Assembly: GCF_036321535.1 (NCBI RefSeq)
Contig: NC_087436.1
Coordinates: forward strand, 88,228,001 to 88,292,000
Length of the DNA stretch: 64,000 nt
Direction: 5' to 3'
Origin: Camelus dromedarius
Lineage: Eukaryota
The notes beneath the pieces were generated by a model, which worked only from the letters and a program-made list of their open reading frames with translations, was not told where the DNA came from and made no database searches. The position numbers and the translations under genes are program-made. Positions 54,261-64,000 of the stretch are shown in pieces; position 1 is the stretch's first letter, and every line of letters begins with the position of its first letter.

Positions 54261-56955
54261 TTAGTTATATTTGTAAACATTCAAACAAGGTGTAAAGGCA
54301 AAAGATTACCACTGAGAAATTCAAACAGGGTATAAAGTGTAAAGGAAAGCTCTCTTTTCAATTAATCACCTTAGATCTCCCCACATATAAGGATACAAAT
54401 ACCACATCAAAAAGGCTATTTTTAAATTGAAAGAAATTCTATAAAGCTTCACCCAATTTCAACATTTCTTCTTGAATCTGAAATCTATTATTAAAACTAG
54501 AACCATAAACTTAAAAATATTTCTACTCCAAAAAACAGTAATCCAAATTTGATATCAACACTAAAGGAATACTGAAGGAAAACAATTACTGTCCAACTAG
54601 TGCAAAGAATACATCAGTGAGTAAATAAACTCCCTCAATACCGAACCCTTGGATTAACCTTATTCATGAAGATGATGAAGGAAACTTCTATCCCACTCTT
54701 AGAAATTTAATATTCGAACACAAATATAATTTCAGTTGCTTCAAAACCTAAGAGACTTCCATAAAACAAGTTTAAATTCTAAGCCATCAAGTAAGAATTT
54801 TCAAAGGAGTCCCTTATTTATCTTGATACCTCCAGAAACACCCAAGCAACCTGAGGAGCCCTTCAAATAGTATAAAAACTTGTAGATTAAAAAACAAATG
54901 TTGATACATATTTAACAAGGAAAAAGTTACAACTGAAAACAATTATAAAATTTAGATAATATTTTGAGGAAGTCCTGTTAATTACTGGCAGTTTAGTCTA
55001 AAAGATCTGTTCTACAGCAGTATTCAAACTTTAAGGTTATGTATCTATACACAGAAAGTCCTATCAGTATGGTTCCCCAAAGTAGTAGATGAGAATCACA
55101 CCAGGGTACCTGTAAACCTACTGATTCCTGGAGCCCATCTAGATCTTCAGTCAGGTTTGGGGCCCACTGCAATAACCAACAAAGTTACTTAGTGTCATGT
55201 TACAGAAAACATGGCACTCAGTCATCTAACAAAAGATAATAAACCAGTGAGAAGAGCACTGTTTTAGAAAAGAAAAATCCAGATCCTGATGCAGCCTCTC
55301 CACTAACAAGGAAGGGATCTTAGGAAGTCACAACCACTGTGAGTGGTTTCTCATCTTAAAAAAAGAGGGGGCTTAAACAGGCAACAACCCAAATCTGTTA
55401 CTCTACATTTTTGCTACCAAAAAACTGGGTAAATATTGTAAAAAGGAAAATCATTCTTAAAAAAAAAAAGCTAGCGTTTAAGGAGGTATCACACAACATT
55501 TTTAGCAACCTTTTTTTTTTAATTCACCAAGAAAAATATTTGTGCACGTGGATGGCTTAGAAAGGATTATTAAAGGAAAGCTAAAATTTCTATTATTTGT
55601 TACCAACATACAATATGAAAGCTACAGTTGTTTGAATTTCCAACAAAATACTGTAGTCTAAAAAGTCACGGTTCAAAGAAGAAATGAGTGAGTTTACTCT
55701 GAGTTATAGTTAGGCAGCATTCTTTATTTTCACATCCGTGACAATAACTAGCCCCTCCCTAGCTGACAATACCATACTCCTAGAGAGGAGATATATATAT
55801 ATATATTAAGTTATAGAAGGAAAGGGTAATATGTTATTAGTTTCTAGGGCTAAAGACAGATAAAACAAGCACCAACCCCTTCTATCTTTCTAAGGAAAGC
55901 TGTGTGAAAATGGGAAATAAATTAGCAGAGTAAGAAACATTCTTCAGTTTCTTAATAAATGTTGCAGCTTGATAAAACTTACTACAGATTTACATAAAAG
56001 AAAGGGCCTAAACAGGAAGTTTTTCAGCTAAATTATAGCATGACTCCATTACCTCAGGTAATTGTCAAAACTCTGAAATCTGTGCTTCAAGGATCTTTTC
56101 ATTGTAAAGGTTAAAGGGATTACTTTAGAGAGTCTGTTTCCCTCACAGTTAAGCCAATGGCATCTTACAATAAAATGTACAGGCAAGAATAATACTATCA
56201 CCATCATCTTACATTCAGATGAGAGCCAAGGCATTGATGAGTTCTTGAAATAGTATGAAAAATTTTATACATATGCATATTTTGGGAATGACAGGGGACA
56301 ACCTTTTTTATCAGATTCTCAAAGGCATCTGTGACCTAAAAAGTTGCAGGGATCTCTCTGCAAAGCAACATCACACACTTCATGTAATTTAATATCACAA
56401 TTCTGATTTTTTCATAAAGGTCTTTTTTATAGACTACACCATACATTCTAAAAAAGATGATATTTGCCTCCAAGGATAAAAAATTAGTTTTGAGGGTGTA
56501 GAAAAATCTTAGGTATCATAGTAGTTTGTGGCCTTTATAGTACACAGAGAGATATATTGTATACCTGCAGTATTAACATTTAATGGGAGTGGGGGTGGGT
56601 AAAAAGAAAACAAAATGTGTCCAAATAGGCTCCTTAGAGGGGTAATAATGAAAGAACAGCTGAGAAATCCTGGTCTACACTAAGAGAACACAGAGCAATA
56701 GAGTAATAACTACACTAGTGAGTTACAGTGCAGAATAACATGCAAGGTATGATTACCAGTCACAGAAGCAGAGCACAGCCTGCTTTTCTTTGCTCCTCAC
56801 ACAGCAAACTACTCTACATAAAACGGACTCTGAAAATAAGTTAATGAACAAACCATCTATATGTTGAATAAGCCTCTGAAACTTGAACATTTCTACTCTT
56901 ACTACCTTACTGATCCACAACACTGTAAGGCATATTTAATAACCACAAAAAATTA

Positions 56956-57162
<207 letters not shown>

Positions 57163-57997
57163 TTAAAAAAAGAAAAGATTCAAACTTTGGTGAAACAAAA
57201 ATTGAATAAACATCTGCTGCAATTAACTTGATATTATGTCTTTGGATTCAGTTCATTGTTATTGCCTTTTCTGTTTATAAAATTTCCAAATATTGAAATT
57301 AAAAACTGACCTGATTAAGAATAAAGAGGGCTATAGAGACACCTTTATATACAATGACAAACACAAACATTTTCATATAGCTATAACTTATCTATATCCT
57401 TACAAAACAATTAAGTTTTCAACACAGTACCTGGCCAAGTAGTTAATGTTCAATAATACATGCTAGAGGATTTCAACTTTTTAAAAAGTAGCCAATGAAA
57501 ATGCTCTATAAACAGATGAATTTATGATGTGCTTTTTCCTCCCAAATTCACTCATTAGGAAACACCATCATCTTTTCCCTTGAATAAAAGCATCTACTTT
57601 ACCTAAACAAGAAAACTATAATTTGAGGAAAACCAGGATTCCTTAGAGATTTAGAAACAAACCAAAAGAAGGACACTAAGCTTACTTCTCCTACATTATG
57701 TCATGTTTACAAAATTCCTTTGCCAAATTGGTAATGGGAAACCAAGTAGTTCTCTGAAGGTTAGTAGTGAAGGACAAAGATGGGATAAAGAAAATGACTG
57801 GATAAAAAAATGCGTTTTATCACTCTAAACCAAAAGGAGATAGAAGACAGGTCAGAGGATATACATATCCAAAAGAGTTTAACTTGTTTCTAAGGAAATG
57901 TTTTCATTAGATTAGATCACATTCTAGTGAAGAATTCAGAAAATTCAAATGCTGTCATGAGTATTTACTTATTCATTCATTCATTCGTTCATTTTTG

Positions 57998-58111
57998 GTG
58001 AGAGGAAGTAATTAGGTTTATTTATTTATTTTTAGAGAAGGTACTGGGGATTGAACCCAGGACCCTATGCATGCTAAGCATGTACTGTACCACTTGCGCT
58101 ATATCCTCCCC
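57998..58111 (-). mobile_element. tRNA-Ala-derived SINE (camelid Vic-1-like)
   Basis: gtaattaggtttatttattt...ggtactggggattgaacccaggaccctatgcatgctaagcatg...gctatatcctcccc. Confidence 0.88.
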
Positions 58112-59028
58112 TACTAATATTTCTAATACAGATTTGAAACTCTTGTTTTTCTAAAATTCTTCACCATAAGAGTCAGCTCCAACATGAAAGGCACATAAGA
58201 AGAGCAAGAAGAATACAAAACAGTTAGTATTTATATTATCAAGAAAAGGATAGTGCACATGATAGGATAAGTACTACAAGGTCAGTCTAAAATAGTGCCT
58301 GATTAAAATTCTTTATATTAAACAACTATGGCAGATCAAACTTTTTAGTATGACTGTACAGGTGAAATATTTCAGAGAGCTAACAGCAGGATCAATAAAG
58401 TGATTAGACTAGGGAGTACACAGGTCAAAAGTTTGATGTAGTTAACAATTTTTAAGGAAGCTATAATAATTAATCATAACAATAGCAGCAATAAGAATAA
58501 CTGAATGGGTGAGTTCTCAAGAACAGTAAACTACAGAGTAATAACCTTAGTTACAGAACTACACCTGTGAAATGTTGAAACATTGTTCTCCCAATTTAGA
58601 GCACTCTATCCCTCCTGTATTATTCAGGGCTCGAAACACTCTCTTGGCACATTCATACACAGCCATATACTATCATTTAAGTGCAATATCAAAGCTTATT
58701 AAAATTTCTATTTAAAAAGTTTTGGCCCTATAGTTTTTATAACCCAAGCAAGCTACTCAATAAGCATTCATTGGTTAAGAGAATTAAGCTAGTGACCCTA
58801 TTTAATCAAGCCAGATTTAAAAACTTTCACATACATGCTGAAGAAAACTTTACAGATGTAACCTGGCTTATCTGTAACCCTGGTGCCTAATACAATACTA
58901 CTTGCTGCTTGCTAAGTAGTTCCTCAATGATACTTTCTCTAACTAGTTAGAGGTTTCAAAATTAGACTTAAACTACTGATGAGTAAGTTATTTTCTGAGG
59001 CAGGGCAGTAAATTAAAAAGCATTTATT

Positions 59029-59611
59029 TATTTTTTTGAATTATAGTCAGTTATAATGTATCAATTTCTGGTGTACAGTACAATGTCTCAGTCATGCATA
59101 TACATACATACATTCATTTTCATATTTTGTCATTAAAGGTTCTTACAAGACATTTAATATAGTTTCCTGCGCTATACAGAAGAAATTTTTTAAAATCTAT
59201 TTTTATATATAGTGGCTAACATTTGCAAATCTCAAACTCCCAAATTTATTCCTTCTAACCCCATTTCCCCCAGTAACCATAAGATTGTTTAATATGTCTC
59301 CGAGTCTGTTTCTGTTTTGTAGATGAGTTCATTAGAGTTCTTTTTTCTTTTTTTAGATTCCACATATAAGTGATATCATATGGTTATTTTTCTTTCTCTT
59401 TCTGGCTTACTTCACTTAGAATGATGATCTCTAGGTCCATCACTGATGCTACAAATGACATTATTTTATTCTTTTTTATGGCTGAGTAGTGTTCCATTAT
59501 ATAAACATACCAGAATTTCTTTATCCAGTCATCTGTTGGGGGACATTAGGTTGCTTCCATGTCTTGGCTATTGTGTATAGTGTTGCTATGAAAACTGGAG
59601 TGCATGTACCA
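59029..59611 (-). mobile_element. 5'-truncated LINE-1 3' end, sense to SLAIN2
   Basis: Antisense L1 3'UTR text on the + strand; imperfect TSD aaaaagcatttatt (59015-59028) and aacaagcatttctt (59612-59625). Confidence 0.88.
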
Positions 59612-59626
59612 AACAAGCATTTCTTA

Positions 59627-59866
<240 letters not shown>

Positions 59867-60579
59867 TCAAAATTTTTCCTAACATTTCAAAAACTTTTCC
59901 TATTAGAAAGTTCATTAAATCATTATCTGTCTCAATTTAAATACAGAAACATTTCTATAGTAGTGGGGGAAAATATATCACAATAATCCCAAATATTTCC
60001 ATTATCTTAAATTTTGTTATGCAAATAAAACAGCAGCCACACCAGACAAAAATAACACCATAGGAAGAATATCTCCTCAATAAATTATTAGCCACTAAAT
60101 TAAGTTACTTGTGTCTTGTTGGAAAGTTTACTCCAATTGTGTCAACCTTGAATAGCCTTTAAAAATAAAATAAATATAAAAGCATATTTATGTTTTCTCA
60201 TTTTTTATAACAAATACATATTGCTAACAACAACAACAACAAAAAACTATGAAATAATAAGCTTTAAAAATAGCCTTTCCAAAGTTTGGATTTTTGAAAA
60301 AAAATAAAGCAATATTGACTATTTAGGCCAGGTTAAGGTCAAACATACGAGAACTCTCTTTTTAAGAAAAAAAAAAAAAAAAAAGCCTTTTCTCCCCAGT
60401 TTTCTGGGCCAAGGAGAATATGTTTGCCAAAAAAAGGAAAAAATTTTGTACTATGCATATAAAATTATAAAAATAGTACAAAAGTAAAGCCAAGATATCA
60501 AATGCAATTATATACAGAAAATTTTGATACTTAAAAATATTTTTTTCTTCCACCCTATTCCAAAATTCAAAGCTTATTC

Positions 60580-62670
60580 AGTATTTATGACCATGAACAA
60601 AATACTATGTAGAATAAATACACAAATGTGACATGGTGCCTTTTCTCCAGAGGCTTACAGCCAAGTAGAATAGGCAAAAAAATGACAATTTCAAGGCAAA
60701 ACGAAATGAATACTATCATAAAGGTGCAAAGGGGTTGTGGAAATGATGAGACAGAAGTAATTCATAAGAACTGAGAGAAACTAGGTAAGGCTTTTTGGAA
60801 GGAGAGGCACTGGTGCAGTCTTGAGAGGATGAGGAGTAATTTGTTAGCCCACTGAAAGTGGAAAAAGTATGTATTTTCATATGTGTTTATAACACAAACA
60901 AAAGCAGTATTTTGAAGACACAAAGTATGTCCAGGAAATAAGAGTGAGTAATCGAGAAAGGTAAAGCACATGGTGAGGGAATCAGGGAAAACTAACTGGG
61001 GCCAGGTCACAGGAAGACTGGAACACTACATGCTCAGGAGCCTTAAGCTTTGTTCAGTAGTAATGATACAACCACCAGGGACTTCTGAGCAAGAGTGATA
61101 ATGATCCAGTCAGCTGGGGGGAGGGGGGGACTGATGGAAATTCTGATGTTAAATAGATCAAACTGAACTAGGCAAAAAAAAGTAACAAAAAAGAAGAAGG
61201 AGGAGGGGGAGGGGGAAAAGGAGGAGGAGGAGGAAGAGGGAGAAGAAGAAGAAAAGGATAGACACTGAAAATGAAAGGACTACTAAGGGGAAAAAAACAA
61301 GATGGTTCTGAAGTTTCTGGTTTGCCTCCAGGCAGAGTGCTGGCTTGGGGAGGAGAAATGCAGGTTTTCTGTTTAGCTGGATAGTGCAGGAATATGTATA
61401 GTTTTATACATATTCACCATGAGACAAGACACCATTAAACATACCATGTAGTATGTAGCATGATCTCAGATATATCAACCTGAGCAGAAATGGGGATGTT
61501 CAGTCCTTCCTATCTCTTTACTCTGATCTCCTTTGAAGTAGTCTCTCTTTATTTGGTTATTGATTTAATCATTAGCACTTCAAGTCCTCAACCCTTTTAT
61601 TTTCTCACTCTAAACCATATTCTTTTTCCTGAGAAATCTCATTCATATCCACATTAGCTACTATCTATATTCCCCCAAATCCCTGTTACTTTTATCTCCA
61701 GGTCTAAGTTTTCCTGAGCTTCAGTTCCATATAAGCTGCCCATTTAATGTCTCCCCTGAGGGTATGGCAAATGCACCCAGGGCCAACAAATCCAAACTCA
61801 TGATTTTCCTGCTAAAACAAATTCTCTTTCTGGGGTCTCCATCTCAGAATGACAACAACATTCATCCTATCACACAAGTCAAAATCTAGAAATCACTGCT
61901 GCTTCTTTCTTCTCCCTCATTCCCTCATATTTGGTTCACTCCCTCTTCCTTTCACACCTTCTCATCTCCACTATGACCCTTACCCCCCAACACACGGTCT
62001 AACTATCATCATCAATCCCTCTCGAAAGCATCCTGCATTCACTTTTGGCCCTCTCCAATCTACAGCTATGCATAAAACCTTATCAAAATGCAAATCCTAT
62101 CATTTCTTCCTGCCTCCACACACTATCCCTAGAATAAAACCCTTCAATATCTTCCCATTGCTTTTAGAATAAAGTCCAAGACCTTTAACATGGTTTCTAA
62201 GGCCTTGCAGAGTCCGGCTCCTGCATACCTTTCGGCCTTATCTCCTCTCTCTCCTTCCCTAGTCTCCAGCCACCCTGGCTTGTTCCAGTTCCTCATGTGT
62301 GCCAGGCTCCTTCCCACATGCTCCCACAGAGCCTCTGCACATGCTGTTCTCTCCATCTGAAACACTCTATTCCCTCCTTCACCTTGCCCTTTAGCCCACT
62401 TAAATTTCCCTGAATCTTTATGACTCAGGCCAAACGTTACTCCCTGAGGCAAAATTCCTGTTTCTCCAAGCTCAAAGCACTGTATACCATTCTTTTATTA
62501 CGTATCACCGGTTATAAAAATTATTTGTACTAATGTTTTCCCTACTAGATGATAAACTCCATGAGTGAAGGTACAGTGTCAGTCTTTCTTCATCATGTAT
62601 CAGCAACCCTTTCCCCAATTCTTCATGCATAACAGGCTCTTATTAAATATTAACTGAATAAATGCATGAA
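60580..62670. mobile_element. L2 fragments (~60580-61120 minus, ~61560-62670 plus) around a GAG/GAA purine tract (~61190-61260)
   Basis: tagaataaagtccaagacctttaacatgg...tgcacatgctgttctctc...actagatgataaactccatgag...tgaataaatgcatgaa. Confidence 0.75.
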
Positions 62671-62689
62671 GGAGATTAGTTTGAACAGA

Positions 62690-62950
62690 GATGGACATCA
62701 TATGAATGGATGAAATCAACAAAACAGAGAGAAACAGGGCAAAAGAGACCTGGTTAGGTGGGGGACAGGAAGAATGGGAAGTTTAATGGGTACAGAATTT
62801 TAGTATATGGAATGGCAAACAAGTTCTGGAGATAGACAGTGGGGATGCCAATGCGAATGTATCTAATGTGCCACTAAATTGTATATTTTTAAATGGTTAA
62901 AGTGGGAAATTCTATGTTATATAAATCCTACCACCAAAAGAAAGAAAAAA
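62690..62950 (+). mobile_element. Old L1 3' fragment
   Basis: gtttaatgggtacagaatttt...aagttctggagatag...aaatggttaaagtgggaaattctatgttat. Confidence 0.7.
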
Positions 62951-63184
62951 AGGGCAGAGAAGGGAGAACTTTGAAAGAGTGAAAAGAAAACCACAGTGAG
63001 AGTAAGGCAGGGTAAAAAAGATAATGCACTATCATAATAAAACAAGAGAAGAACATCTTAGGAACACATGGCAGGACACTGCAGAGAAGCTGAATGTGAT
63101 GGAGCAGAATGGTTCTGCTAGAATACAAAAGCTAAGTTCCTAGGAAGCTTTGCCTTATCATAAAATACATTTGAAAAACAAACT

Positions 63185-63300
63185 GGGGATGGTGTTGGGG
63201 CTGGGTAGAGCACATGCTTAGCATGCACAAGGTCCTGGGTTCAATCCCCAGTACCTCCATTTAAAAAACAAAACAAAGCAAAAAACAACAATCTCCCCTC
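63185..63300 (+). mobile_element. tRNA-Ala-derived SINE with degenerate 5' end
   Basis: ggtagagcacatgcttagcatgcacaaggtcctgggttcaatccccagtacctcca followed by an A-rich tail. Confidence 0.85.
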
Positions 63301-64000
63301 CAATATGGGAAAAAGGAAGTTTAGGACTACAAAGTTCAAACTTGTAATAGCCAAATTATTTTTTCCTTTAAATATATTATATTTACAATTATAACTATTG
63401 CTCTGTGCATACAGCTGTAAAATCTAAACATTGTTAAGCAGATCCAATACTTGATTATACCTAGTTTTGGTTCAAGAGTAATAGCTTCTCTTAACACACT
63501 CTTTCTATCTTCAATACCTTTGTTATAATAAAGCAAAAAGCTACTCACTCCAGTTGCTATTTCTGAAGTGCAACAGCTTTGGTTTTCTCAGCTATGCCCA
63601 TCCCATGTATTATTTTCTTATAATAATCATTCTCCTCATAGCCAAAGGAACTATACTTTAACTATAAACTACAGCCAGTTTAACTGTGTAGGCTCCCCCT
63701 GACTCTCCTGACCATTTACAGCTTACTAACAAGAGAGCACATATTTCAATAATAAAGCCAAAATAAACAATTATAAGCATATAGCTGCCAAGTAAACACA
63801 GAGCAAAAAACAAAACAAAACAAAAAACCTATTTAGGATTACAAATCATGCATTAATGTTTTACTACACGAGTATTCTAGGAAACTGATATTCTTAAAAC
63901 ATTGAGAGTAATTCCAAGAAAGAGTCAATAATATTTTTTCTACATTTCTAACACACTAGCATGCTACATTCAATGCCATAAATAGTGACACATACATTAT

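Noticed and set aside
63549..63784. Possible cryptic SLAIN2 exon (ttacttggcag| ... GA|gtgagt, minus strand)
   Set aside because: It is 236 nt, frameshifting, with an early stop in phase 1, and its pyrimidine tract is a simple (TTTTG)n repeat. There is no support beyond splice-like motifs.

Overview
Mammalian genomic DNA, most likely a camelid: five copies of a tRNA-Ala(AGC)-derived SINE resemble the Tylopoda Vic-1 type. The right 38 kb (about 26140-64000, minus strand) hold the 3' part of SLAIN2, a microtubule plus-end tracking protein. It comprises six constitutive coding exons with consistent GT-AG sites and phases, a 78-nt cassette exon, a candidate 21-nt microexon and a ~3 kb 3'UTR. The first exons lie beyond the window end. 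The left 26 kb are repeat-rich intergenic sequence (L1, L2, MIR, MaLR/ERV LTRs, DNA transposons). Best candidates for a second look: (1) a disabled, unspliced copy of FADS2 exon 1 plus intron 1 that still looks like a CpG island and faces the SLAIN2 3' end; (2) the 21-nt microexon with a nested frameshifting 10-nt variant; (3) an L1 insertion whose target-site duplication encloses ~680 bp of 3'-transduced DNA; (4) a TSD-flanked 3'UTR-only retrocopy resembling PTBP1. I see no evidence of a wholly new multi-gene system. Gene and repeat-family names come from my recognition of the sequence, not from a database search, and repeat boundaries are approximate.
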